Shown in pieces: positions 38,801 through 49,200 of a stretch of DNA of 64,000 bases. The stretch lies in IMG/VR virus record IMGVR_UViG_3300030708_001148, one strand, 5' to 3'. Both the position numbers and the translations under genes were made by a program. The notes below the pieces were generated by a model that was not told the origin of the DNA, ran no database searches, and was given only the letters and a program-made list of their open reading frames with translations. The number at the start of each line of letters is the position of its first letter. Position 1 is the stretch's first letter. Source of the DNA: an uncultured virus (IMG/VR IMGVR_UViG_3300030708_001148) (taxonomy: Duplodnaviria > Heunggongvirae > Uroviricota > Caudoviricetes).

Positions 38801-41800
38801 TCCTGTAACTGATAGAGATGTTAGATATGTATTAGTATCTACTGTATAACTACCTGCACCAGTTCTCTTCAAGAAACCATTAGATGTAAAATCACCATCC
38901 ATCAATGCACCTGCCGCCGCTACGTTAGTAGCATCAGTTACATCAGCAGAAGTCTCTATTCCAGATAGTTTGGTTCTTTCAGCAGAACTGATTACAGTAC
39001 CACTACCTAAATCACTTAATCCACTTATTTTAGCAACAGTAACTTGGTTGTTTCCTATGTGTGCAGTATCTATTGCCCCATCTACAATGTGTTCTGAGTC
39101 TATTGAATCATCAGCAATCTTAGCACTAGTGACGGCATCTGCGGCAATTTTCCCTGTTGTAACTGCTAGGCCGTTAATCTTGGCAGTCGTAATCGCACTA
39201 TTGGCAATTGTCAAAGCACCATCATTGGCGAGAGTCGCATCTCCTGATACTGCTACGTTGTTGTAATCAGTCCCATCTGCTATCATTATGTGGGTGTCTG
39301 TAACGGCAATCGAGTCATCAATAAAATCTATCTTAGCACCAGTCACGGCATCATCTGCTATTTTTGCAGTAGTGACTGCACTTGTGCCTAGTTTACCAGT
39401 AGTTACTGCACCACTGTTTATCTTGCTAGTAATTACTGAGGCACTAGCCAACATACCAGAGGATACGGTTCCAGTATCTCCCGTTGTAACTATTGTACCA
39501 GTTACATCTGGAAGAGAAATTGTCCTATCTGCGGTTGGGTCAATTATGCGAAGAGTGGTTTCATAGTCATCCGAAGTTGCTCCCTCAAACACTAAGGCAT
39601 CTTGAACGTTAATCTCAGTCTGGTTTATTGTTGTTGTAGTTCCATCAACAAAGAGGTTCCCCCGAATCCTAACAGTAGTATCATTCCCAGAGTCACCAAC
39701 ATAAAGAGTGTCAGTCTCATCGAGAAGTCCAAGAGAAGCCACCACATTTGCTTTATCGGTAACATCTGCTAATTCTTCGATAGCCGCTAGTTTATCAAAT
39801 TGGTCGTCAGTCATCAGACCATGAGCATCAGTTGTAGAATCTGGAATGGTGGCGGTAGTAGTAGTTCCATCTCTATGCGTCAAAGTTAGAGTTCCTTGAT
39901 TGTATGATGCAGACGCTACATGGCCCTTACCAGTATTAGTAATTCGGATGTTCCTTTGAGTGGGGTCTACATCCAAACTGATATCCGTTCCAGCATTGAG
40001 GTCTACGAAATTAGTTAAATCACCCAGATTGTCTTGTAATTTAATCCTAGCGTTATCACCATTTTCTGCTAATATTAAATCGTATGACTTAATTTCTTGA
40101 GAGAAAACGTAATTTTTTACTGCTCTAGCAGTAGGTATTTGGTTATGTGTGTTTGAATCGTTAATTCCAGAGACTAAACTTAAATTATCAGTCAAGTCAC
40201 TTAGTGCTACTGATTCCAGTTTAGCATTCAATTGTGTTTGAATTGGTGATGTAACTCCGTCCAGATAACCTAATTCTGTTGTGGTTAATGTACCTACAAC
40301 ACCATCTATTAGTTCTAATTCTGCTTCTGTTAGTGATGCATCACCTATTGTTATGCTACCTGTAAAAACTGGATTTGCAATAGGTGCTTTACTTGCTAGG
40401 TTTGAAACTAGGTCTGTTACTTTACTTTGAGCAATACTACCTGCTAGTTTTTGATTTGTTATTGATGAGTCTTTTATTGCTACATTACCACTATTCAATA
40501 CAAAGTGGTCTGAACTAAAAGAGGCTACACCCCTATTACTACTAGTTGCTATCTCTGCATCTACAGTTAGAGTTCCCGCAGAGTCATCATATGTTGTGGT
40601 GATTCCCTCTCCATCTGTAATTAGGGCATTTACTCTATCATCTACCCTTTCATCCGTGTAGTATTTGTTGCTTCCTTCTGCGAAGTCATCTGTATCTAGA
40701 GTTAAACTTCCACCTAAGTTTAACGTATTACCATTCAATGTTACTCCTGAATTAACGAGTTTAGAGTTTGCAATGTTACCTGCAAGTTGTGCGTTAGTCA
40801 CAGAAATATTAGTAACATTGCTACTCCAGTCAGCACCAACAGTAGCACTAGCGGCAATTCCATCAAGTTTCGTTTTTAGTGTGGTCGTAAATACTTTGTT
40901 AGTTGTTCCATCAGCAATTTTATCTGCACTGATTGCCGCAGTATTAGAGATATCTGCATTCACTAATGTTGTTGCAGTAGCACGATAAGTAGCGGAAACA
41001 TCTGGAATATCAGAAGCAATCAACTTACTGAAAAGATTTTCAGGGTTTATTCTTCTCAATCCATTAGTAGCGTCATCGTACATTATGAAATCAGCACTTC
41101 TATCCATACCGTTTTCAATAGTCAATCCATCAATGTCTACTTTGAGAGTTGCATTAGTTCTGTCTAGACCATCGCCTATTGTCAGACTTGGTTCTTTACC
41201 GCTTAAAGCACTAGTTAGTCCACTAATCTTACTCTGAGCAATAGCGGCAGAATTAGAGACTTTGGCATTGTCAATCGCTCCGTTGTTTATCTTAGCATTT
41301 GTTATTGCACTATCAGCAATCTTTGCAGATGTTACTGCGCTGTTTGCTATGGTTGTCGCGCCATCAGCACTTGAGGTAACATCACCACTATGATTAGGAT
41401 GAACATACTTGTTTGCGTCCGTTGCTCCTGTATATCCTAAATCTCCTAGAGTCAAGGTTCTCTTTGACATTGCTGTAATGTGCCCTGTATCGTTTGTGGC
41501 AATTGCATCTACTATTTCAGCCCCAGAAGTGTCAATATCCGTAGTCCCATAAAGAGGGTGAGTGTATGGGTTTGCTAATTCAGAAGTTGTAGGTAAATTG
41601 TAGTAAGTAGTACCGTCATTCGTAAATTCCCACCTATCGCTACTCTCATTCCATCTGATGTCTACATTAGTAGCAGAACCTCTCTCAATTGCTACTCCAG
41701 CGTTCTGAGAAGGAGTGCCTGTAACGTCATTATTCAGTACGATTGTGTTATCTCCTACTGCTAGAGTGTTGCTAGATATCGTTGTAGTCGTACCATTGAC

Positions 41801-42862
41801 TGTTAGGTTTCCACCAACTATCAAACCACCTGCAAATGTAGCAGTATGTGCCGCATTTGACCCAATTTGGAAGTTATCTCCCATATTGGAAGCGAGTCTA
41901 GTCTTGAGATTAGCAAGTGAGACATCAACATCAGTATTGGTATCTGTTTGATGAGTATCAATCATGCTTTTTATGTCAGCAGGGGTAAATCTCTTGATAG
42001 CGGTAGAATTACCCGCAGTTCTCTCAGCAGAAGAAACTTGAGGAACTCTATTATTGTAAGCAGTTTCTATTTCTGTATCTGTTTGGTCAGCAGTAGCCCC
42101 ATCTTCTGGGTCTGTTGACCAACTGTATAGAGCGTTGATGTCAGATTTTGTCTGGTCAGCAGTAGCGTTTGCCTCTATACCGTCTAATTTTGTAATTTGG
42201 GTGGCTGTAGCCAATCCTGTTTGACTAGCAGTAGCATTGGGAATTGCCGAAGTGTACTCTATATCTGATGTAAGTGCAATGGTTCCTGTTGAGGAAGGTA
42301 GAGTTAGAGTGGCTCCTCCCTTTGTTATTGTTCCTGCGGCGTTTAGTCTAACGGTTTCTGAACCAGAATCAATTATACTTAACCCCTGAGTAGTTTGGCT
42401 ATGTCCTAAGAACTGCACTGGTCTATTTATCAAATCATCAGCACTATTTGCTACATATTTTACTATGGCAACAGGAATATCTCCTGCTGTCAAATTAGAT
42501 ACAGAAGCCGTGCTTCTTGTTTGTGCATCAACTCTTATTGCAAGAGCATTTGACGAGTTTACGACAATCATGGCATACCAATCATTTCCGCTTCTAGGAC
42601 CAACTGATGTAGTTAGGGTAGCATTTGATATGTCTACTAATAGACCGTCACGGAACACCTTTCCTGCCGCAACTACGTATTTAGTGTAACTAACACTAGC
42701 ATTGGATTGTGTTATGTTGAAACCACTTACTGTCCTATTACCTGCTGTAGCCTCATTTAGAGCATTTATGATTCCACTGTGTATATTGTCAGTACCATCT
42801 ACTATTCTAGCATCTGGAGTAGTGTGCAATTTGGAAATAAACCCCGGATTATCGTTTGACAT
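32828..42862 (-). CDS. Giant tail fibre/adhesin, 3344 aa
   Basis: T/S/G/A/D-rich, internal repeats, VGIGT..P repeats, C-terminal KSFDIEHP...LEGPE...LPDYW domain common in marine phage fibres. Confidence 0.82.
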   Translation of the reverse strand: MSNDNPGFISKLHTTPDARIVDGTDNIHSGIINALNEATAGNRTVSGFNITQSNASVSYTKYVVAAGKVFRDGLLVDISNATLTTSVGPRSGNDWYAMIVVNSSNALAIRVDAQTRSTASVSNLTAGDIPVAIVKYVANSADDLINRPVQFLGHSQTTQGLSIIDSGSETVRLNAAGTITKGGATLTLPSSTGTIALTSDIEYTSAIPNATASQTGLATATQITKLDGIEANATADQTKSDINALYSWSTDPEDGATADQTDTEIETAYNNRVPQVSSAERTAGNSTAIKRFTPADIKSMIDTHQTDTNTDVDVSLANLKTRLASNMGDNFQIGSNAAHTATFAGGLIVGGNLTVNGTTTTISSNTLAVGDNTIVLNNDVTGTPSQNAGVAIERGSATNVDIRWNESSDRWEFTNDGTTYYNLPTTSELANPYTHPLYGTTDIDTSGAEIVDAIATNDTGHITAMSKRTLTLGDLGYTGATDANKYVHPNHSGDVTSSADGATTIANSAVTSAKIADSAITNAKINNGAIDNAKVSNSAAIAQSKISGLTSALSGKEPSLTIGDGLDRTNATLKVDIDGLTIENGMDRSADFIMYDDATNGLRRINPENLFSKLIASDIPDVSATYRATATTLVNADISNTAAISADKIADGTTNKVFTTTLKTKLDGIAASATVGADWSSNVTNISVTNAQLAGNIANSKLVNSGVTLNGNTLNLGGSLTLDTDDFAEGSNKYYTDERVDDRVNALITDGEGITTTYDDSAGTLTVDAEIATSSNRGVASFSSDHFVLNSGNVAIKDSSITNQKLAGSIAQSKVTDLVSNLASKAPIANPVFTGSITIGDASLTEAELELIDGVVGTLTTTELGYLDGVTSPIQTQLNAKLESVALSDLTDNLSLVSGINDSNTHNQIPTARAVKNYVFSQEIKSYDLILAENGDNARIKLQDNLGDLTNFVDLNAGTDISLDVDPTQRNIRITNTGKGHVASASYNQGTLTLTHRDGTTTTATIPDSTTDAHGLMTDDQFDKLAAIEELADVTDKANVVASLGLLDETDTLYVGDSGNDTTVRIRGNLFVDGTTTTINQTEINVQDALVFEGATSDDYETTLRIIDPTADRTISLPDVTGTIVTTGDTGTVSSGMLASASVITSKINSGAVTTGKLGTSAVTTAKIADDAVTGAKIDFIDDSIAVTDTHIMIADGTDYNNVAVSGDATLANDGALTIANSAITTAKINGLAVTTGKIAADAVTSAKIADDSIDSEHIVDGAIDTAHIGNNQVTVAKISGLSDLGSGTVISSAERTKLSGIETSADVTDATNVAAAGALMDGDFTSNGFLKRTGAGSYTVDTNTYLTSLSVTGLSDINQLEQNLASITDDHAGLVTAKAVKAYVDSIPGGVGGMSFVLEDGDGTELTVANDKEIKFVPSSLLTINWTDVDNGTDADPYDLTFTVDNDLANYSNTNSNFTTTTALDNATAATAITGKALTNLDTSSGGTVAATDTILAAFGKLENRVALNDAKVTNTDVNVSEANLRSRLTDITESVTIGDGTDVTLTTSGALVVTGNLTVNGTTTTLDTTNLAVEDKNIVLASGNSASGVLDGTGFTFEGGSSDDITLQTASNVLELKLGSNYGSMKAGTFTGDLTGDVTGNADTATLATSVTVSANNSTDETVYPLFVDGATGTQGAETDTGLTYNPSSGLLTVGGLTTGGTVQYGNLSDGSITVTAFESTLTNGATLVPTSAAVKTYVDAQVDTVDSLGEMSNVTLSNVAQGHIITSDDSGVFSNRTLTAGTNVSITNASTGAITIASTDTTYTAASNNGLVLSGTAFSIDDPVNTNITLMSSGADGAATNPAQRTANTADQLLVWDDSEDEWAYINLAHLADFAVDNGGAGGIKAFKTISVSGQDDIVADASADTLTLTAGSGITIANTAASDTIAFSVANGDISNAMLANDSVSFGGVSLDLGESDATPAFDLTDATNYPTSSLTGTITNAQLAGSIANSKLANSSITVSDGSNSTATALGGTITFSGTSNEIEVAESSGTVTIGLPDAITGLGSLAINNAGSAGYKLDVQSGTMDSIARFKSADANGRILIQDNDDTVYVGTTSGYGYFGGTQNLGSGANLVIHKTTGNVGLGSTSPSTKLHIADDTTSLFTGLLVENEGTEGNSSTVAGIEIKNSAGTDSSTHIEQDAFGQTMMYTGQGSKNRFLLVSADASTFTVDGDLKLGGNDIKASDGTTAITTSGANVTVAGTLTATVTGDVTGNVTGNVTGDVTGNITGDVTGDVTGDLTGNADTATLASTVTVSDSTANTNFPVVFHDESNALLDDTGALRYNPSTGTLLVPNLNVAGTTTQVNTVTMEAANAIVFEGATSDAYETTLTITDPTADRTITLPNATGTIALTSDVTSASGDGLTLANGADNRIVTATGAAALNGESSLTYGGTDLKLASATPRIYLGDTDNTSGGSTGNMLLISKSGSQSYIRDRQSGSKLNLGASDVTSIMVLDGDTERVGIGTASPRSNVHIEKTAYDYDTTVTDDDLHLLVKATENSTAGDAVSIGFAQSSNVDPGAVGAKISHVVSGSFSAGDLTFSTNANTTTGGDKTTEKMRITSDGKVAIGTTSPQSKLHISSGTSGDAVLILEADTDNNSETDQPFIVFEQDGGTQHSAIGSHSGSNTDNNALILSNSVSSNGIEAGMIFKTGTTSGYANAVERMRITPTGDITMTEDLDVAKHFSFDTQHVGGSAGGSTGTENGANTWCKILEWNPGTNQYRDLSLTLGITCVDVGSQNQAIINVYGRSNGTNSAHTMGIKILSLTSSSALRDDSFKMITEGWGQPIELWMKKYASYTTWNWNEIAKKVGGSTTLTYSSNSAWQSTEPVKTNGSPQAVRSFGTVIEGRQSALNLYHNQNVSQLSANDVLSTISFRKHTGHGGNETIRIYNVHGNSGQSDGVTDDYHTSDLRVSTRKIGTNSLTDRFTILGQEGYVGIGTMTPSAPLTISADTDGGDTVRIEGLDANGNLSTPDLTLVRTNGAPGANTFLGHLHFKGYNNANPVEEITYASIAGQVDYGNDGQEKGRLKFYTHVNGTNTNTMTIDEANVDIPSDSGKLRVGADADMAFYHDGSTGYVDNDTGTLRLQAAGEVWFDAGGSNIARIKSGEVFSFRDVNINDKVTLDADTGAIATTMSGTTGNGLKVLRNQSSSNMDSPLVFFHDDSQYADEAVLHVKQDGTGIGVKVDGSLIATTKSFDIEHPTKEGKRLHHGSLEGPEHGVYIRGRLEGDVIELPDYWLGLVDEDTITVQLTPNKGFQQIYVDHIEDNKIYVGTQTDIPIDCFYFIQAERKDIEKVEVEYDAVV
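36010..36116. repeat. 12 bp degenerate tandem repeat coding (GD/GN)(V/I/L)T
   Basis: Repeated tcaccagtaaca-like units; protein TGDVTGNVTGNVTGDVTGNITGDVTGDVTGDLTGN. Confidence 0.85.
39060..39480. repeat. Decapeptide coding repeats (A-V-T-x-x-K-I-A-D-x)
   Basis: AVTTGKL, AVTTAKIADD, AVTGAKID, AITTAKIN, AVTSAKIADD; a second copy lies near 41240-41360. Confidence 0.75.
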
Positions 42863-43200
42863 TAACTCACCTCCATGCTAACTGTAAATGTAATCGTATC
42901 TGCCGAGGGGATTACTCCTGTATTTGTGAAAGTAACTCTACTCAAGAGTTTATCCCCTGATGTCTTGAAAATTCCTAACTCAGAAACACCTTGATTACCT
43001 ACTTCTGCGCCTGTAAACTCAGCAGTCCAAACCAATTCTGAACCTATTACAGAAGGAGTTACCACTTTACTAGCAACCACAGCGTCTAACTCCGTTTGAC
43101 TAGCCGCAGTATCTCCCCCTCCGTTTCCTATTTTTACCGTAGTGTATTGTGCCGCAATATATGCCAACGCAATATCCTCACTTCCCTCATTAACTATCAT
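42862..43200 (-). CDS. Small baseplate/fibre-attachment protein
   Basis: IGNGG...QTEL...SELGIF...LLSRVTF resembles tail-collar/fibre N-terminal domains. Confidence 0.6.
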   Translation of the reverse strand: MIVNEGSEDIALAYIAAQYTTVKIGNGGGDTAASQTELDAVVASKVVTPSVIGSELVWTAEFTGAEVGNQGVSELGIFKTSGDKLLSRVTFTNTGVIPSADTITFTVSMEVS

Positions 43201-46200
43201 TCTACTGTACCTCCATAATCATCTTGTTCATAGAACTTGTCTCCATAACTCTTCTTAGTCACTGTACTGTGTTCAAACCCTACTTCTTCTGTAAAGCCTA
43301 CTAAATCATCAAAACCCATGTTAGAATTATAGGACAATGCATTCGATGACCCTGTTACCACATAGGAAAGTCTTGTGTTTTTTATATTAATAACATCAGA
43401 AAGGTGTTTACCTGCTGAAATCTTCATAGAATCTTTCTGGAATAAGGATGAAAACCCATCAGATTGTTTAGTATTCAACTCACTTAGTCTTTCAGCAATT
43501 GACTTGTCAAAAGTACCTACTGTCATAGTCAACATTCCTGATAAAACGTTAGTTATTTCAAAAACTTGATAGTCATCATTTGGAATATCATGATTTGGAA
43601 AATTCAATCTAACTATGTCTCCTGCCTCTAGTAGTTCTAGTCCTTGTTTATGCACTTTTATCGTAATTTTACGATGTTTCTTGTTATGTAGTTTTAACAA
43701 TTCAACTGCTCTAATTTCTGCATCAGTCTTTGTTTTTATTGTTGGGTCCACTTCTTGAATTACTCTAGTTTGTTTGTTTGTAGACCTCTCTAATTCATAT
43801 TTTATTCTATCACCTATGATGACTGCTTTGTTGGCAGTATCGAAAAGAGAAGTGTTATTTTCAACAGAAATAAGTCTATCCGATTCTGCGTATGATAGTG
43901 AATATTTGCGTAAACTACTCGTATCTTCTATGTTACTCGCACTAAACTTACCGTTTCTAATATTGTAGTCCAATCCGTTCTTAACCGCTAGAGAATTGAT
44001 GGCAGTAAATAGGTTAACATCATCGAATTTTAACGCAGAAACGTATGTTTTCTTGTTTATCTTGATTAGTTCGTCATGTTGTACTGGAGTGAATTTTAAG
44101 TTAGTTGTGAAGGTTATAGTTTGAGAGGAAATACCCTGTATTTCACCTACCAAATGCCCATCATGGGTGTACAAAACATCACCCGCAGAAATGTCCTCTG
44201 GAGTAGCCGAACAGACTACTGTATTAGAGGTCGCACTAGACACAATATTGCCTGTAGGTGTGATAAAACTACGTAAATCATCATATTCTAATCCTACCTC
44301 TTTGACTAGGTTTTCTATCTCGTCATTAACATTTGAAGCAACAGTAAAACCTGTACCGATATGGCATTTTTTGATGTTTTTTAGGTTAGGTCGCCTACTT
44401 AGTGCAATATCAAAAACTTCACCGAATGACACTACACCGTTGCCAAATAATTGCCCGTCAAATTTCATGCCCAAACCCGGTATTTTAGTGAAATTTATAC
44501 TTGTATCGAAGGCAGTAGATTCATCTCTATCTAAGGGAAAGAAGTCTGTGAATGTTATATTTTTTACAGAGGAATTTAAGCCATCCGTGACGTTCATTGT
44601 CTTCTGAACCAACGTGGTTCCGGTTCTCTTGAATTTGTGTGCGGCTTGACTTGGCTCCCTTACATCAATAGTAGAATTATCATAGACAATATGATTAGTC
44701 TGTGTAGTATAACCATCGTTTGTCAAAGTGTTTTCAGTCTGTGGAACTCCATCAACATCCAACAGTAAGAACATCTGATACAGGCTCTCTCTATAATGGT
44801 GTATTGCACCAGATACGCTATCTGTATCTGCTCCAGATTCCCCAGTGAGGAAACTGCTTCTGGTAAACCTACTAACAGGCTCCATGACATTGAATCTGAT
44901 GGAGTTTTCTTCACCGTTGAACGTTACCTCCGATGGACGCATGAGTCTAAATCTATGAGTAGTAGAGAAAATTGGTTTTAATGGCACATCTATCTTAATT
45001 GTGTGAGTTTCATGATTACTTATTGTAGGTGCAGTTGAGACTGTATGTGACGTTATCCTAGTAATGGCTCTGGGAGCATCAACCCTAGTTGAGTTTCTTA
45101 AATCGCCTCCATTAGCCTTCTCTTCACTTACTAGGTAGTATCCTGTGAGATTTGGTAGGAAACTGAGGAAAGTGTGTTTACTGGAATTATTCAAGGTAAA
45201 TACCATAGTGTCTCCTATGCTTGTATTAGTTCCATTTGGGAAAGCCAAAGAGGTATCTGTAGCACCAACCACATAGTTGCTTCCACCAGAAGTTGCCGCC
45301 TTTAGTTGAAATACTGGTTTTATTGCCATTTGTGCGGATACGACTAGTCCTTCATTGGCGGCATCAGATGCAAACTCAGTATGATGATTTTCTTGAGTCT
45401 CTGTGGAAATTGCCTTCTTTTCGGATAAGAAATGTGATTCAGTTCTAGTTCCTATCATAGCAACTGTATTGTTAGCATCATACTCCGCTACCTGCACGTT
45501 TCTATCATGCTGGTCTAAGTTAGCGTTAGTTGCTTCTGCCACGTAATCAACGTAATTCGCATTAGTATCCAACGCCAATGGTGCGCTAGTTATCTCTATC
45601 GTACCGGGGTCAATCGTATTGTCTGTCATTGCAACCTTTACGTCTTTGAAAACACCGATGCATCCCTCATATGGATGAGCAAATGGATATGTTCCATAAC
45701 CTAGTCCATATTTGTCTTGATGACTGATTGTGGTTCCTGAATCAGCACCGAATTTAGCACCTACAAGTGCATTTATCACTCTGGATGTATGAAGCCAATT
45801 AGTGTTTTGATTTGCCCAATTATCCGGGTGATGAAATGGAGATATCTCTTTGTTCTCATATGTAGAATCATCAGACAATTCACCTACGATTAACGGTAGA
45901 ATTATGTTATGAGCAGAGAAAGCCTCTCCATTGTCTTCTAGATTTGCAAACTCAAATATTCCAGTATGAGTGAAAGGTCTAGTAATGTATACGTCAGTGA
46001 ATCGGAAGTCATGTCTTCGATTTGACCTATTTACAGTCATATGATTAGTACTGGATGATGGTTTGCTTATCTTATCTAACAAGAAGGATTGGTTCGTATA
46101 GACATAGAATGGTTGAACACCGTAGTATTTTATCGTCCCACCATCATCATAACCATCAAATTGCCAAATATCATTGTATATTTCTGTGTATCCGCTTCCG

Positions 46201-49200
46201 TTTAATGTTGATGCATCTATGAGATTATTGTTACCAGAATCAGTATTAAAAGAACCAGAAGAACCGCTTTCCTTTACTGCTATGAAACCGTTTATCTGGT
46301 CTGGTGAACCAGCAAGTGTGGTGTGTTCTCTAAATGGATTTGACCCCATGTAGTCAGTAGTGTAGAACATATCTCCAAGTGTTTGTGTGGTAATGTTAGT
46401 GCTAGACACATTTACATTCGCACCATCAGTTTCCCTTAGTTGAATTGTTTTACCAGTCAACTGGTCCGGGTTCTCAAACATTACATAATCAAAATACGGA
46501 ATGGTGGGTATGGATTCTGATGCTAGTGTATTCTCCAAATCTACAGGATTAAAATGCCAGTCAAAGGTAGCCTCAACTAGTCTGATAACACCAAATCTAG
46601 AGATTTGATTAGTGGTTTGAGTTGCACTACTAATGCTTACAGATTCAAAGTTATTTTCAGATTTAGCAGTCTGTCTAGTAGTACCAACATATTCCTCATG
46701 TATGACAGTATCTCCTACTTCATCCTCATCCGACTCCAATAACATAGAGAAGTTTTCATAATTTAGAGTATGATATCCAAGATTGTTATTTCTGTTATTA
46801 GAAGCGGGTAATAAGTCACCAATGCCAAACCAATCGTAGTAGTCTGTTCTAGCGTCAATCTGTTCAAATGCTTCGTAATCAATATCATATTCAAACGGGT
46901 CGCCTGTGTTCAAAGCATTAGGATAATACGATTTTATCAGGTTCGGAGTATCCGGGGTAGTAGACGAATCATATGGTCCATAGAAATTACCGAGATGATT
47001 CCACCCATCTAACGTATTGCTTCCATTTATTGGTCTATTCGTGTTTGAACTAGTGACGCTGATTTTTGAACCATCTGCTCTCACTCCATATCCTACTGCA
47101 TATCCTTGTATCTTTTGAGGACTAACTCCAAAGTTATAGATTGAATCGTATTTTCTGTTTATCGTTCCGGGGTTTATTTTTTGGAAGTCCCAATATCTTA
47201 TGCAGTTACCATCAATGTGGTCATTGTAGGAATTACCTACTCCTAACTTATGCACGAAGCCTCCAGTATTCAAATTAGCATTCACGAAATACAATGAGCA
47301 GTTTCCTCTTGTATCAGAGGAATTAGATGCTACTCTTCCCATGACCACAGGGAAAGTAGGAGCAACACTGATAGTTGTTCCACCCTCTATCTTTTCATTT
47401 ATCGTAACTACATCAAAGGTTTCTTGTTTTACTGTACCAACGCTATTATGTGTGACACTAACACCATTTTCATTTCCTATTTTTATTGCAAAATTAGAGT
47501 CATTTGCATCTATATTCTTGGGTGATGTAATGTCATATCCCAATGTTTTATCTTTGAGAACTCCACCAGTGTTTGATGTACCTACTAAGTTGTCAGTAGT
47601 AAACGTGCTATTGGTATAATATGCATTAGCACTATCTGGAGAAATCAACCTAACTCCACCATCAAAGACTAGTCCTTTACCACTAACAGATAAGTCTGCA
47701 ATACCGTCTGTAACGTTTGGATTACTACCGAGTGCCTTAGTTCCTGTAATGTATGTGGTGTGAGTAGTATCAGTGCTTAGATAAGCATACGGATGAAAGT
47801 ATTTTAGATTCACACCTGAGTTATTGAAAGTAACTTGAGGCGGTCTGAATAGGGTAATTTCTTTGGGTGATGTAGTAAATGACTTAATTTCGCCAACATA
47901 CTTTCCATCGTGATTCAATAATATACCAAAAGGCTTGAGAGTTATACCGCTAGTAGTTCCTCCGTAAGTTAAAACGGAACCACTTACACTGATAGTTCCA
48001 ACAGAAAGTTCTGTTACATTATTGACAATGGGGTCATGAGATGAGTGATGAATATCTGATAATACTGCAGTATTCTTATTTATTGTCTGCGAAATTAACT
48101 TAGATGTCTCATCTCTACCATTAATGGAGTAGGTAGTCATTCCCATTTCGGTCTTACTGTTTGCATTCTCTATTATACCATCAAATACAGTATCGCTTAT
48201 TGCATATCCTCCAGAGTAATAATAAAATCTATCTTTAGACTCATTGCTTCTTTGATAGAAAGTTCTTGTAGTATCTTGTATCTTAGCGAATTTGTTATCC
48301 TTATCCGTGATATCTAATAGATTGTCATGAGAAGTATTAGTGACAAAAACTAACCTAGCATCGTTTAGTTTTGCATTGTTCTTATCAATAGTAACCCCAT
48401 CTATCGTAATTCTATCCGTAGTGTAGTCTATTTCAGTATCTGAAACTAAATCATAATTCAAGACACCTGTGTATGGTGGAACAAAAAGTGTCTTCTGACT
48501 TATTGAATGAACATTAGAACTGCCACTCCAAGTTGTTGCTGATTTTAACTTGGAATCCTTAACTTTTATTTTTTGAGTGCCACCGGATTGAGCATATACA
48601 GTATGAACAACGTATAGATAACCATCTACTTCAATTATATCATCAGCACTTAATTTATGTCTCAGGTCAAATTCCTTACTGATTTCCTTCATCTCTATGT
48701 TATCCGCAGTTCCAGTAACGCTACTCGCTTTACCCTCTACAGGATAATATTTCATACTAGAATTGTATATGTTTCTCTGAACAAGTAATCTGTCTTCTTC
48801 TTTTACTTTCAAGTGTGCTAAACCACTAGAATCTAACATAGAAAATGACGCTAATTGACTCATTTTGTTTCTAGGGCTGTTTAGATTAGCACTTTGCATC
48901 AATGGTAACTTATTGTTCTTGAAATCAGCCTTTTCAAATGTAATATATTTAGCAGGGCCAGTTAGATTTCCATCTAGACTATTAGAAGTATCGCTAATCA
49001 AATTGCTAGTATGCCTATGCATTCTAGGAAAACAAGTATTCCATTTATGTGCGTCTGTTATTTCATAGTCATCCGTTTTGTTAGTGTCTACAAGTACCGC
49101 ATCTAACCTGTCACTACCTAAATTTTGAATCGTATCGTTAAATCTACCCTGAGTTCTAAACACTACATTAGTACAAGTCTTCCCTACTTTGTTGACTTGA

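Noticed and set aside
33159..42689. Many + strand ORFs (for example 35532-36281) opposite the fibre gene
   Set aside because: Antisense shadows of the T/G/D-rich coding strand; V/P/S-rich with no motifs.
26875..42862. Diversity-generating retroelement acting on the fibres
   Set aside because: No reverse transcriptase gene and no near-identical TR/VR pair differing at adenines was seen.
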